Shown: positions 1-14,502 of the stretch, piece by piece
How positions within the stretch are numbered: the stretch's first letter is position 1
How the letters are laid out: every line of letters begins with the position of its first letter
NCBI GenBank assembly: GCA_964016885.1
Contig: OZ024741.1
Span: 304,110,001 to 304,174,000, forward strand
Direction: 5' to 3'
Origin: Eledone cirrhosa
Lineage: Eukaryota
DNA length: 64,000 nt
Translations under genes and position numbers: made by a program
The notes under the pieces: generated by a model
Database searches by the model: none
Told to the model about the DNA's origin: nothing
The model's input: the letters and a program-made list of their open reading frames with translations, nothing else

Positions 1-45
<45 letters not shown>

Positions 46-48
46 TAT

Positions 49-99
<51 letters not shown>

Positions 100-418
100 T
101 ACACATATATATATATATACATATATACATATATACACATATATATATATATACATATATACATATATACATATATACATATATATATATACATATATAC
201 ATATATATATATACATATATATACATATATATATATACATATATATACATATACACATATATATATATACATATATATACATATATACATATATATATAT
301 ACATATATATATATATACATATATATACATATATACATATATACATATATACATATATATATATATATACATATATACATATATATACATATATACATAT
401 ATATATATACATATATAC

Positions 419-449
<31 letters not shown>

Positions 450-1074
450 CATATATATATATACATATATATACATATATATATACATATATATACATAT
501 ATACATATATATATATACATATATACATATATATACATATATACATATATATATATACATATATACATATATATACATATATACATATATATATATACAT
601 ATATACATATATATACATATATACATATATACATATATATACATATATACATATACATATATACATATATATATATACATATATACATATATACATATAT
701 ATACATATATATATATACATATATATATACATATATATATACATATATATATATACATATATATATATACATATATATATATACATATATACATATATAT
801 ATATACATATATACATATATATATATACATATATACATATATACATATACATATATACATATATTACATATATATATACATATATATATACATATATATA
901 TATACATATATACATATATATATATACATATATACATATATATATACATATATACATATATACATATATATATACATATATACATATATACATATACATA
1001 TATATATACATATATATACATATATATATACATATATACATATACATATATATACATATATATACATATATATA

Positions 1075-1105
<31 letters not shown>

Positions 1106-1177
1106 ATATATATACACATATATATACATACATATATATATATATACATATATACATATATACATACATATATATAC

Positions 1178-1210
<33 letters not shown>

Positions 1211-1408
1211 CATATATACATATATATACATATACATATATATATATATATATATACATATATACATATATATACATATACATATATATACATATATATA
1301 TATACATATATATACATATATATATATACATATATATACATATATATACATATATATACATATATATATATACATATATATACATATATACATATATATA
1401 TATATACA

Positions 1409-1443
<35 letters not shown>

Positions 1444-1470
1444 GTATATATATATATGTATATATATATG

Positions 1471-1504
<34 letters not shown>

Positions 1505-1546
1505 TGTATCTATATGTATATATATATATATATATGTATCTATATG

Positions 1547-1578
<32 letters not shown>

Positions 1579-1579
1579 C

Positions 1580-1633
<54 letters not shown>

Positions 1634-2050
1634 ATACACATATATATATACATATACATATACATATATATATACACATATATATATACATATACATATA
1701 TATATACACATATACATATATATATATACACATATATATATATACACATATATATATACACATATATATATATATATATACATATATACATATATATATA
1801 TATATACATATATACATATATATATACATATATATACATATATATACATATACATATATATACATATATATACATATATATATATGTATATATATATATC
1901 TATATATATATGTATATATATATATATGTGTATATATATATGTGTATATGTATATATATATATGTATATGTGTATATATATATATGTGTATATATATATG
2001 TGTATATATATATATATATATATGTATATGTGTATATATATATGTATATG

Positions 2051-2098
<48 letters not shown>
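1..2098. repeat. (TA)n/(TACA)n microsatellite array with internal polarity switches
   Basis: Continuous TA/CATA repeats; TACA-type blocks switch to TGTA-type at about 1437-1570 and 1886-2065. Confidence 0.97.
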
Positions 2099-2099
<1 letters not shown>

Positions 2100-2101
<2 letters not shown>

Positions 2102-2724
2102 GAGTGATGATGGTAAACTAACTGTTCAAAGAAAACTTCCAAAGTAAAACTGACATCATTTGAAGCATATCCAGCTGCTCTCCTTGAATGTTTCCTAACC
2201 TAGGATGACTGTTGGGTTTATCACCTGTTCCAAAGAAGGCTAAGGTTGATTCATTAGCTAGGAAGGTGAGGGGCCTCAGTTTATGGGGATGCAAAAGGCA
2301 TTGTGTTTATTGACAATCTTCAAAGGGGCCATACCCTCAATGGAGAGTACTATGCCAACATATTAAGGCAGTTACAAAAGGCTATCAAGACCAAATGATT
2401 AAGGAAAACTGATGGAAGGGGTCTTGTTTCATCAGGACAATGCTCCAGGCTTTAACCTGGTTGATCACCCTCCCTGTTCTCCTGATCTGACTATCATCTG
2501 TTCCTCAACATGAAAAAACACTTGGCTGGGAACCAGTATCACAGTGATAATTACATTTTTGACCAACAGGATAAAAGCTTCTTTGCCAATGGGACCCAAG
2601 CACTGCAACACCGATGGAGGAAGTGTGTGGACTGCAAATGGGAATATGTTGAAAAATAAAACTCATGTAGTCACATTCCATGAGAGTATCTTGATCAGCC
2701 TATGAACTTTTCAGCCAACTCACA
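2100..2724 (+). mobile_element. Decayed mariner (DD34D-type) transposase remnant
   Basis: Interrupted translation gives PKKAKV, DAKGIVFID.LQRGHTLNGEYYANILRQLQKAIKTK, GVLFHQDNAP, DHPPCSPDL, YHLFLNMKKHLAGNQY and EYVEK*, matching mariner catalytic-domain motifs. Contains stops and deletions. Confidence 0.88.
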
Positions 2725-3499
2725 TATATACACAAATTCATTAAAAACAAAATATCCTGAAGGTTATGTCTCAGGCACAAATTTTTGCAGTTATATATAT
2801 CACTTTGGCATGTTAACTCTTTCAAAATAAAACTACCTAAAACTGCTCTTGGTTCCATGATATAAAACCTTTTAATTTAAAGTGTTTATATTTATCTAAA
2901 ATGTTAATCATAGTTTTATGTAAGACCCTTTGTTTAAGTTATATACCAAATGCCAGCTTGATAATGAGAAAGTTGATTATGTTACTAAGTTCCTTGTCTT
3001 TCATTAGAAATATGTTAACAAAAAAGTTAACATGATGCAGTGGTGGTAGGGCAAAACTTTCCACAAGACTTTGTAAAAAAGAAAAAAAACATTTGCATTT
3101 GGATGCAGTAAAAGTTGTTTTTAAATAACTGGATGCTGCATATATTGTTAGTCAATGGAGCATTGAGAATTAAAAGCATAAGTTAAATTGATTGTTTCAA
3201 CCAAATGTTATTATTATTATTAATACTTTGACAATTTCATATGTGAGTTTTTACAACATCGCAGGAGCACCTCCATGTTCCTGGGGGCATGTGCAGCAAT
3301 ATTTTCTTATTTTTGTGGGGATGGCGAAATATATATTCTTATTATATATTGTATTAGGTTGCTTTATTGCATTATTTTAGTGTTTGTTCTGTTGTGTATG
3401 GTGTGTGAAATGTTATTTGTGTTATTTTATTAGGTATTAATCTTTTAGAGTATATGTTGTATGAGTTATGTTGATTTATTTTATTAGGTGCTTATCGTA

Positions 3500-4865
3500 T
3501 AGGGTGTGTGTTGTCTGTGGAGATGTTCTATTTGAGTTGTGCTATTGAATCAATAATGCCTTGTACAAGGTGCAGATTGTTCCTAATAGATCTATTTTCG
3601 GGATAGTGTGTAGTGCTGTGACCACTGGTATGGCTTCTATCCTTTTGTTCATATGTATTTTTATCATAACCAATGCTCCAATTATTATATGACACCTTCT
3701 CTGCTGGCAATCTGGTGTGTTCAGCTACCAGCCCAGGCTCTGCTGCCCACCAGGCTAAAGAGGGAAAACTGTCCAAGGATCAGCTGCTCTCTGATAGCCT
3801 GTAGTAGTGGAGACTTCTGGAGTTCTTAGTCCCCGGACCACATCCCTGCTCACTGCTATTAGAGCAGAGTTGGCTGGCCACATGTGCTAGCCTCGTGATG
3901 TAGTGTGTCTGTTCCAGTGCATCTCCCTTGTCCTCCTCCGGGATAATGCATTCTCCATCCTGTCGACTGGGATCCAGAGGTGAGGAAATAGTTAGTTGGA
4001 AGTGGAAGATACTCGTTCGAGCATCACACACTTACATATACTTCATATGAAAATTGATAACTTTTTCTTGTACTCCAATTATTACTGACATCGTTTTTAC
4101 CTCCCCCTCCCCATCTTGTATAGTTTGATTTTAAGGTCCTTGTATTTTGACAGTTTTTTTCACTTCTTTTCAGACAATAGTTTGGTCAGAAAGGATAGTA
4201 ATGTCTATCAGTGTGCATGTATTTTATTTCTCCTAGATTTTTATTATTATGCCTGGACAGTTTGCTTTGATCTCCTTGTCAGTTTTGACAAGTCTATTCC
4301 AGATGATCGCAGCCAAATCATTGTCATGTTTGCTATATGTTTATATCACTTGTTTGTTTTTACATTGAAGTGTTAGCACATTTCCCTGTGGATATAGCTG
4401 CCATCTCAATCATGTCTGTGTATATATTCAGGCATGAGACAAGGACTGAACAGCTGGGATGTGGTGGTCAACCATCTCATTGTGCTGGTTGTACATTATC
4501 TTTGGTGTTACGATCGTATTCTATTATTTTGTTTTTATAATTGTTTGCGGCCAGATGTTGGTTTTATATTATATTATTATTATTGTTATTATTACCATCA
4601 TTCATAATGCCTTTGCTCTAGCAGCTGTTATACTGACACTAAACCAAATGGGTGATCCTTTGAATCATTCCTTTTCCTTTGAATTATTGCTGTTTTCTGC
4701 AACAATCCCATCTTGATGGCAATTCCTAACTTCTCAAACCATGCATCTAGTCTTTTACTAACTGCTCCCAGTGCACCAACCACAATCGGTACCACTTCTA
4801 TGTGGCTGATTCTCCATGGTTTCCTGATTTCCCTCTTCAGCTCCTGTATTTCTCAACTTCCTTCT
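3500..4865 (-). mobile_element. Fragments of R4/Dong-like (restriction-like endonuclease) non-LTR retrotransposons
   Basis: Minus-strand peptides EYIHRHD*DGSYIHREMC and TDKEIKANCPGIII (about 4240-4440), IIIGALVMI (about 3670) and LKREIRKPWRISHIEVVPIVVGALGAV (about 4760-4850) are typical of the zinc-knuckle/RLE C-terminus. Probably two copies, heavily degraded and interrupted. Confidence 0.75.
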
Positions 4866-5245
4866 CATTCACCCTGTGGTCCCACAGTTATTATTATTAT
4901 TATTATTTAAACACAATCAAAGCTGCAAACAATATTTACAAAAAGTCAGCAAGCTACTTATGTACAAGTGAAAGGCTGAGGCTAAAATATCAGAAACACA
5001 AAGTGGGGTGCAACTTATCTATGACTATATATTAGTAGCTTCTTTTATGAAAGTTAGCCGTTGCTAAAAGAATACTATGGAGTATTATTGTCATGAATCT
5101 AGCACAAAAGAGTTCTAATAAGTCAGTTTACACTGACACAACACTGCTAACAATAAAATATAGCAAATATGAACTATTAGAAAAGCAAAGAATTATCATC
5201 ATCTCATCATGATTTGCATCATCACATCATAAAAGATTGGGTTTG

Positions 5246-5447
5246 CTAACTCTTAACGTCCTGTACCACATGGAACCGCATTAGCAGGCATTCTTCAGAA
5301 ATACAAAACCAAACAGCACTATGACTGCATCACATTGAAAATTTTCCCTACACCTTGTTAACTAGTAAAAATAATACAAACTTTTGAATTAACAAACCCA
5401 ATTTTTAGACATTTTCTGCTAAATCATTACAGAACGTTAAGCGTTAA
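5246..5447. mobile_element. TTAA-flanked MITE family B (piggyBac-like); related copies near 10003-10230, 15060-15400, 17300-17480, 40140-40473 and 41125-41458
   Basis: Ends (c)taactcttaacgtcctgta ... tacagaacgttaagcgttaa are inverted; the internal cagcactatgactgcatcacatt sequence recurs at the listed sites. Confidence 0.6.
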
Positions 5448-5934
5448 TTCATTTGTCCCACATTCTCTGTTGTTATGTCCATTAATTCTTTTGTTTAGTT
5501 ACTTTTTCTTACTTTCACCAGGCCACAATTAAACATTGTAAGATGATTAAAAGAAATAATAATTAAGCATTATATTTGCCTTCATAATATGAAGAAGTTA
5601 TTGTTGAGTGAGCATAATGATATTTATCATTTAAACCACCGAGCAAAAACCAAACAAGCATTAAGATAGTAAATATTGCAAAAAAAAAAAAAAAATGATA
5701 ATGGAAAAAGGTGAAAGGCTCTGTAAAAGTGCAAAATAAAGAGCACTACATACCTTTTTCTGGAAAACCCAAGATATACATATAGAAAGAAAAAACAGAA
5801 GACATAAATGTCAGTAAAGATGTTGGTTTGGTTTTCTTTGTTTCATATAAAATAGGATTATAAGAAATATTTCAAACAATTCAAAGTTTATTGATGTTCC
5901 TGTTGTTTCAAAGCTCACACTTATACATGGCATA

Positions 5935-6180
5935 CATAGAGGTATCCAAGGTGGTGTTCAGGGGAGAAGACTGTGTCGGTATGGACATGTGATGTGCATG
6001 GTTGATGACTGTTGGATGAAGAAGTGCCAGGAAGTGCCAGTGGAAGGAAGCTGCAGTAGAGGTACACGAAGAAAGACCTGGGCAGAGATTGTGACAGCTG
6101 ACCTCAAATCACTGAAGAAATGCGATGAGTGGAGAGATGCCATGTTGAGATGCAAGCATTGGAAAAAAACGCACATAAAA

Positions 6181-6210
<30 letters not shown>
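5935..6210 (+). mobile_element. RTE LINE 3' fragment with (ATG)n tail
   Basis: YGHVMCMVDDCWMKKCQEVPVEG...RKTWAEIV..D is homologous to 53400-53660 and ends in (atg)10. Confidence 0.88.
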
Positions 6211-6212
<2 letters not shown>

Positions 6213-7125
6213 CTATAATATATGTGTGTGGGTGCATAGGTATGAGTATATTATGTGTATACTACACATGTGTACTACTAGTAACATGTATATAAACCAG
6301 TATAAACTGTGAACCACTCTAACATAGCTTGGTGAAGAGGGTGATTTCTGGAAACCCTGTAGGATGAGAAATAAAACTATTAGATGACCATCAACTCATG
6401 CTCATCTAATAAAGTGAATATATACTCTGTGCATATACATTTGTATTTGCATATTTATGTAAAAACACATGACAGAAGATACTCTTACTTGAAACCTGCA
6501 ATGTTTGTAGTCTCTGGCCATCTTGCTTTGTTTTTGCTTGTTGCTCTAAATGGCCTCAAACATTTGAAGAGTGGCTTTCATGTTGTATAAGTGACCATAT
6601 TTTTTTCCTCTTTTCTCACCTCCCCTGCCACCTAGCACAATTCAGGACACAGGCTTCTTAGAGCCACAATCAGACAGCAAATATTTTGCTGCAGCAATTG
6701 GAGTATTTGAAACAATGAAATACCATCATTTCTGTGGTTTCATCACAGTATATCTGAGAGCAGCCGCTAATGCTGATTCATTTTACGTTGAAGAGGTGTC
6801 AATGCCAGGGAAGTATGGTTCTTGGTCTTGCCATGTTAATGTATAATTTTGTCATCTTAAGCAGCCATGATAGGAAGGCATTGCATTTTTAAAGGAAATG
6901 AATGAGAAAGGGATGCAAATGATAGTGAAACTAAACAGCCATCATATGCATATATATATATATAAATATATATATATATGTCATTGATGACTGCAAGAAA
7001 AGAGTACTCAATGCATCAATACTGAAGTAGGGTTTAAACATTCGTTTTGTTATGGCTAAATAGTGAGTCTTGTTACTCTGGAGTTTCACCTTAATAAAAT
7101 GAATATATATATATATATATATATA

Positions 7126-8289
7126 TCATCATCATTATTTTACGTCTGCTTTTCCCTGCTTGCAAGGGTGGGACGGGTCCTATTCAGCACAGCATCTCTC
7201 CACTTGTCATGGTCCTTCGTCATCTCCTCCGTGAGCTTCAACGATCTGAGGTCTGTTCTCACCACCTCCGCCCATGTTTTTCATGGTCTTCCTCTACTGT
7301 GTCTTCCTTCTACTGGGATTTCTTGGCACTTCTTTACCCAGCGGTCATCCTCCCTGCACATCACATGTCCATACCATTGCAGTCTTCTCTCCCGCACACT
7401 ACAACTTATCCCTCTTATACACAATTTCTCTCTCAACTCATCCATGCTTGATCGTTCACGCACATTGACATTGCACATCCAACAGAGCATGCTTGCTTCA
7501 TTTCTCTCCAGCCGTCACATATCCTCTGCAGTTGCTGCCCATGTCTCACTACCATGCAGCATCGCGCATCTCACACAGGCATCATATAACCGGCCTTTCG
7601 TACGCAGGGAGAAACCCTTCTTTGTCAACAGAGGAAGCAGCTCCCTAAACTTCTTCCAACCCATCCTTATTCTAGATACTATGGCCTCGGAACACCCTCC
7701 TCTCATGCTAATCTGATCATCTAGGTACCAGAAGCTATCAACCACTTCTATAGAACCCACCTGCATTTGAAAAATGTGTCTATCACTGCAATTACTACTG
7801 TCAAATTTCCCTGTACATCTACTGCATACGTAGTTTTCCCTACCTGTTAGTTTGCCTACTATCCCACTACATCTCTTGTGTACCCAAGATCTGCATTGTG
7901 TGCATTTTATAGAATTTATGCCAGTTCCTTTTCTACATATCGAACATGGCCATTTGCCTGATGGAATCAGAGTTTTGTCCTCTTTTCTACTCATCAACAC
8001 TTTTGTCTTAGCTATGTTCACCGTCAGTCCTCTTACTTCCAACTGCTGTTTCCATAGCCAGAATTTCTTCTTTAGCTCCTCTACTGATTCTGCTATAAGA
8101 ACCAGATCGTCAGCATAGAGAAGTTCCCATGGGCAGCGAGTCTTAAACTCCTCTGTTATGGCCTGGAGGACTATAATGAACAAGAGCAGGCTGAGGACCA
8201 AACCCTGATGTACTCCTACTTGTATCTGGAATTCCTCACTAAACTTCATTCCTACTCTCACTTTACTGACAGCACCTTTGTACATAGCT
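7126..8289 (-). mobile_element. 5'-truncated RTE LINE (RT C-terminal half plus Cys-rich insert), with premature stop
   Basis: ORF 7515-8285 has GVHQG...LLYADDLVL and C-x2-C motifs; it continues as RLQWYGHVM..GRP and ends in an (ATG)n tail. Near-identical family to 52185-53660. Confidence 0.95.
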
Positions 8290-10394
8290 TATATATACGT
8301 ATATATATCCAACCCATGCAAGCATGGAAAAGTGGATGTAAAAACGATGATGATGATGATATATACATACATACATAAAGTGCATGTATGTACATAGGTA
8401 TGGACTTGTGTTTGTAGATATCTTGTGTAAACATTTGCACCCATCTATATGAACACATATATATTATTTACTGGAAGTTGTGCCTATATAAGTTTCTACT
8501 TGGAGTTTCTCATTCCTATTTCCAGTTGTATGATGACAGGAAATGAGGAACACTCAAGTGATTCACACAGACTCAACTTCAAATAAATAATATTATTCCA
8601 CTTGTCAACACACACACATATTGAAAATGGGCAACAAAAATAAGAACAAAGACAGAATCGAATAAAGATCAACATTATTATTTTGATGCTTGGAGAAGTG
8701 GGGGAAATAGTTTATTTGATTTTTCAGGAGAAATTCTTTCTTCGGAAAATATATGAAGAGGAGGGAGAGAAAATAAATGAAAATACAAGAAATCAATGAA
8801 AGAAAAACGATGGCTAATTGTTTCACTTGTGGATTTGTTAGTTTTTTGGGTTTTTTTTACATGGCAGCCATATATATGTATATGTGTATATATATATTCA
8901 CATATTTGTATGCGTGTTTCAAATATGTCAAATATATAAGTATGTATTTATGAACTGTGTGTATGTGTGTAATTCAAGCATATTAATACACCTGTATGCA
9001 TATATAATTTGGAAATTGCAAGACTGATATTAGACGCATGAAATAATCAATAACTACTACAATCACAAACATTCTCATATACTGAAGCACTGCAAGAGAT
9101 AAAGTGTTTTGATATAAATAATTAATAGGGCTATGAAGCTATGTGAACAAAGGTGTTTATTGCTCTGCCAGAAGTGCTTATGTGACATAATTTATACCAT
9201 GACAAGTCTGCCAACAGGATACTAACTGCAGAGTCCAAGACCCAAAAGTTTGGTACCACATCTTCCTCTCAGTTATTCAACTTTCAAATATGGGGTAATA
9301 GTTGGTGCAGGATAATATAGAAACTATGCAATGACAGTTGCAGCTAGATGGTATCTATTGCCTCAATACCAGTAATTGGTGCAAACTGTTTGTTGATTTG
9401 CTTAGAGAGTTGGTGCATAGTTTTGAATTTAAATTCATGTGGTATGTGTCTGTTAAGTGGGATTGTTGGAGGATTATACTTTGCATTTGCATAAGTTCAT
9501 GGACAGTGTGGGTTTGGTGTAGTTTTATGAATGTTCGAATTAAAGCAATTGACAGTCAAAATTATGATCTATATACTTATATATATAACTATTAACTTAA
9601 ACATAAACAAATATGCGCCAAACCCATGCTACCCATCAACTTATGCAAATCATATTTCTACACACACACACACATATATATATATAAATATATATATATA
9701 TATGCACACACACACTCTAGGTTTGGGGAAGATTGTCTGAATTTCTGAGACAAGGATTTATCAACCCTAGTATTTATTTATAGGTCTAGTTCTGAATCAT
9801 CTGAGAAACACCGGTCTTATCAATTGACAGTCATTAAACTCAAGTGTGAAAAGATAACAGATATGATTGAGAATGTAAATACTTTCATTCTTTAAATATT
9901 TCAATATTGTATAGATTAAATTGAAAAATATAACACTTTGCTGTCTTTGTTGTTTTAACACTCCAGATAGATTATCAAAGACATGTTAACTCTTGTAGTA
10001 TTTAACTCTTAACAATCTGTAGTGATTTGGCAGAAAATTAAAACATCTAAAAATGGGTTTGTTAATTCAAATATTTATGGTAATTTACTAGTGGAAAAGT
10101 TGTTCAGAAAATCTGCAGTATTAAAGTAAAGACTTTAATATCTAATATGATGAAGCTATAGTGCTGTTTTGTACTTTTTTAAGAATGCCTTGCTAATGCG
10201 GTTTCATGTAATATAGAAAGACAAGTTTTGGGGGCATTTTCATCAGGCAATCAAATTTTTTCCATAATATTAATAATAAGTACAATTTATCTACGAAGTA
10301 CAATTTATAGTGACACCAGCCCTAGGGATGTTGTCATGTCATTAAAACAGCTGAAGAATTCTCGCAACCCTTTGTTTTCCATGAGTAAAATAAT

Positions 10395-10610
10395 AGTTTC
10401 TTATATAGGCACAAGGCCAGCAACTTTGGGGGAGCGGGAAGTCGATTAAATCGGCCCCAGTGCGTGACTGGTACTTTATTTTATTGACCCCGTAAGGATG
10501 AAAGGCAAAGTTAACCTCGGCAGGATTTGAACTCAGACCACAAAGGGCCGTAACTCTACACTGCAAAGCATGGCGTCCAACCGTCGACCAATACTGCTAA
10601 TCCACTGCCC
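10395..10610 (-). mobile_element. tRNA-derived SINE family 1
   Basis: Reverse complement of the consensus seen at 61161-61350 (B box gagttcaaatcc, ctttgcctttcatccttacggggtc core). Confidence 0.85.
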
Positions 10611-10744
10611 TTGAGTAAAATAATAAAAACCTATACAGTAAAAAAAATGTCAACTTTAAGGATTGTGCTCCTTTTACACATGATGCTTTCAATTCTCTAA
10701 CTCCCACGGTACACTTTCAATACACTCATATTCAATATGTTATA

Positions 10745-10950
10745 GATATGACACCAAGTGGGAATATGACACCAAATGAGATATGTCACCAAGTAGAATA
10801 TGACACCGATGGGGATATGACACCAAGTGGGATTTGACACCCAGTAGGATATAATACTCACTAGATATGACTCGCACTTGGATATGATAAACCATTGAGA
10901 TATGATTCTGGTTGAGATATGATTCCCATTGGGGCATGATTCCCACAGTT
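10745..10950. repeat. 18-bp minisatellite (gatatgacaccaagtgg-like)
   Basis: About 11 degenerate tandem units. Confidence 0.85.
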
Positions 10951-11869
10951 ATTTCGGCTTATATTATCTTCCAAAATTTGCAGAACCTATATTTTACAGA
11001 TAATCCTCAGGCCTTAATTTTAAAAGGACATTAATGGTTTCTAATTTAGGCACAAATCCAGCAATTTTTTTAGGGTTGGGCAAAAGGATAGTCAATTAAA
11101 TTAACCCCAGTACTTTATTTTAACGATTCCAGAAGGATGAAAGGCAAAGTTGATCTTGGCTGTATATAAACTCAGAATGTAGAAAACCAAAATAAATGCT
11201 GCAAAAAAATTTTGTCTGACTCTCAAACACCCTTAAATAAGATATTAAATGAAACAAAATTGCTCCGCTTAGAATGTATTCATATTAACAAATCAATATA
11301 TAATAAATCTAAAAGACATTTTATCAAGCAGAACACTTTTTTTTTTGCATAGCCCACTTGGGGAAACACTGTTATAACACAACTGATGATCCTTATTGAT
11401 GTATTATGATATTGATGTTTGATGATGATACTAACGATTGATATATGATGATGATGACAATGACAATGGTAATGATGAAAAGAGTGGTGGGTTGACAGAA
11501 TTGCTGGAGCAATATTTGTTCTGGCTCTTTACATTCTGAGTTCAAATTCCACTGAGGTCAACTTTGCTGTTCATCCTTTGGTAAAATAAAATACCAGTCA
11601 AGCACAGGAGTTGATTTAGTAAACTTTTCCCTTCCTTGAAAATTGCTGGCTTTGTGCCTAAATTAGAAAGATATAGTCTTCCAAAAGTATTTAGGAAGGC
11701 CCAAAGGAATGCTTTTGATTGTAGGTTTTCTGCTCAACAAAATAATGTTGTTCCAAACACACATGCACCTAACTTTTCAATAATACTCCCCTAAGACCAT
11801 GGAAATCAGTCAATTGTTCTCAACTGAAAGGATCATGTTATCTTGTCATTGTGTTAAGTTATATACCAC

Positions 11870-13685
11870 AATAATTATAACCACCACAACTATAACCACC
11901 ATTGCAACAACTACAACCATCATTGTAACCACCACAACCACAACTATAACCACCATTGTGACTACAATTACAACCATCATTGCAACCACCACAACCACAA
12001 CTATAACCACCATTGTGTTGTGACTACAACTACAACCATCATTGCAACCACCACAACCACAACTATAACCACCATTGTGACTACAACTACAACCACTGCA
12101 ACCACCACAACCACAACTATAACCACCATTGTGACTACAACTACAACCACTGCAGCCACCACAACCACAACTATAACCACCATTATGACTACAACTACAA
12201 CCACCATTGTGACTACAACTACAACCACTGCAGCCACCACAACCACAACTATAACCACCATTGTGACTACAACTACAACCACTGCAACCACCACAACCAC
12301 AACTATAACCACCATTGCGACTACAACAACCACCACTGCAACCACCACAACCACAACTATAACCACCATTGTGACTACAACTACAACCACCATTGCGACT
12401 ACAACTACAACCACTGCAGCCACCACAACCACAACTATAACCACCATTGTGACTACAACTACAACCACTGCAACCACCACAACCACAACTATAACCACCA
12501 TTGCGACTACAACAACCACCACTGCAACCACCACAACCACAACTATAACCACCATTGTGACTACAACTACAACCACCATTGCGACTACAACTACAACCAC
12601 TGCAGCCACCACAACCACAACTATAACCACCATTGTGACTACAACTACAACCACCATTGCGACTAAAACAACTACAATCACCATTGCAACTACAACCACA
12701 ACTACAACCACCACCACTGCAGCCACCACAACCACAACTATAACCACCATTGTGACTACAACTACAACCACCATTGCGACTACAACTACAACCACTGCAA
12801 CCACCACAACCACAACTATAACCACCATTGTGACTACAACTACAACCACCATTGCGACTAAAACAACTACAATCACCATTGCAACTACAACCACAACTAC
12901 AACCACCACCACTGCAGCCACCACAACCACAACTATAACCACCATTGTGACTACAACTACAACCACCATTGTGACAACAACTACAACCACCATTGCGACT
13001 AAAACAACTACAATCACCATTGCAACTACAACCACAACTACAACCACCACCACTGCAGCCACCACAACCACAACTATAACCACCATTGTGACTACAACTA
13101 CAACCACCATTGCGACTACAACTACAACCACTGCAACCACCACAACCACAACTATAACCACCATTGTGACTACAACTACAACCACCATTGCGACTAAAAC
13201 AACTACAATCACCATTGCAACTACAACCACAACTACAACCACCACCACTGCAGCCACCACAACCACAACTATAACCACCATTGTGACTACAACTACCATC
13301 ACGACTACAACAACTACAACCACAACTATAACCACCATTGTGACTACAACTACCATCACGACTACAACAACTACAACCACCATTGCAACTACAACAATCA
13401 CAACCACCATTGCAACTACAACAATCACAACCACCATTGCAACTACAAGAACAACTGCAACCACCACAACCACAATTATAACCACCATCACAACTTCAAC
13501 TGCTACCACCACCACAACAACAACTATAACTACAGCCACAATCACAACTATAACCACCATTTCAACTACCACCACCACCACCACAACAACAACAACCACC
13601 TTAACCACCATCACAACACCCACAACAACCACCACAACAACCCCAACCACCATCACAACTACAACAACAACCACTCCAACCAACA
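11870..13685. repeat. Compound (ACN)n triplet minisatellite with higher-order periodicity
   Basis: Repeating accacaactataaccaccattgtgactacaactaca blocks; poly-Thr and poly-Val reading frames. Confidence 0.95.
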
Positions 13686-13764
13686 TGAAGCCTGTCCATC
13701 TGTCATATCTAGTAAATCAATCAATATTTGGAATAGCAGTTTCAAACCAAATACATGTATTGAT

Positions 13765-13940
13765 TAGTGGTGGTGGTAGTGGTGTTGTTGGTAGTAGTGT
13801 TGGTAGTGGTGTTGGTGGTGTTGGTAGTGGTGTTGGTCGTGTCGGTGTTGGAGTTGGTAGTGGTTATGGTGGTGGTGTTGGTGGTGGTAGTAGTAGTGGT
13901 GGTAGTAGTGGTGGTGGTAGTGGTAGTAGTGGTGGTGGTG

Positions 13941-13972
<32 letters not shown>

Positions 13973-14085
13973 GGCGGTGGTGATAGTAGTATAGGTAGCT
14001 ATAGCAGTGATAAGTGGTGGTAATAGTGGTAGTAGGTGTTGTTGATGCTCGGGAGATGGGGTTGTGGTGGTGGTGGTGGTGGTAA
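13765..14085. repeat. (GGT/GTA)n triplet repeat, opposite polarity to the preceding array
   Basis: ggtggtagt-type triplets; further patches at 14300-14500. Confidence 0.9.
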
Positions 14086-14470
14086 TAGTGTATGTGCATC
14101 ATCAACATCATCATATTGTTTGATCGGGGTGGTGAGGTAATAATGAGGGAACTCATTCTTCAAGTCCAGAATGTTCTAGAAGGATTAAATCAATATCAAA
14201 TGGCATTAAAGAACAAACAAATTCTTTCTTCGCTTTTCTTTTTTTTTTCTGCTGAATCAAAGAACCTATTGAAAAGGATTTTGTCATTATAGGAAACATT
14301 GTTTGTTGTTGTTGGTGGTGGTGGTAGAGATGGCAGTGTCGGTAGTGGTGATGGTAGTGGTTGTGGAACAGCTGTTGTCATTGGATAAGCTGAAGTAGCT
14401 CTTTAATCAATACAGGCAAAAAGTAGTGGTGGTGGTGGTAGTAGTAGTGGTTGCGGTGGTAGTAGTAGTG

Positions 14471-14502
<32 letters not shown>

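Noticed and set aside
864-2142. Long Y/I/M/C/V/H/T-rich ORFs (also 47995-48715, 50429-52198 and 54680-55977)
   Set aside because: These are translations of (TA)n/(TACA)n microsatellites, which lack stop codons; they are open in several frames on both strands.
6470-6600. Possible downstream ZMYND11 exon ending in a minus-strand gtaaga donor
   Set aside because: All three frames contain stops and show no bromodomain or PWWP similarity.
12001-14023. 667-aa poly-Thr 'mucin' and 561-aa poly-Val ORFs as genes
   Set aside because: Triplet-repeat artefact: non-ATG starts, no signal peptide or splice context, and similar arrays elsewhere (31.7 kb, 34.4 kb) are frame-broken.
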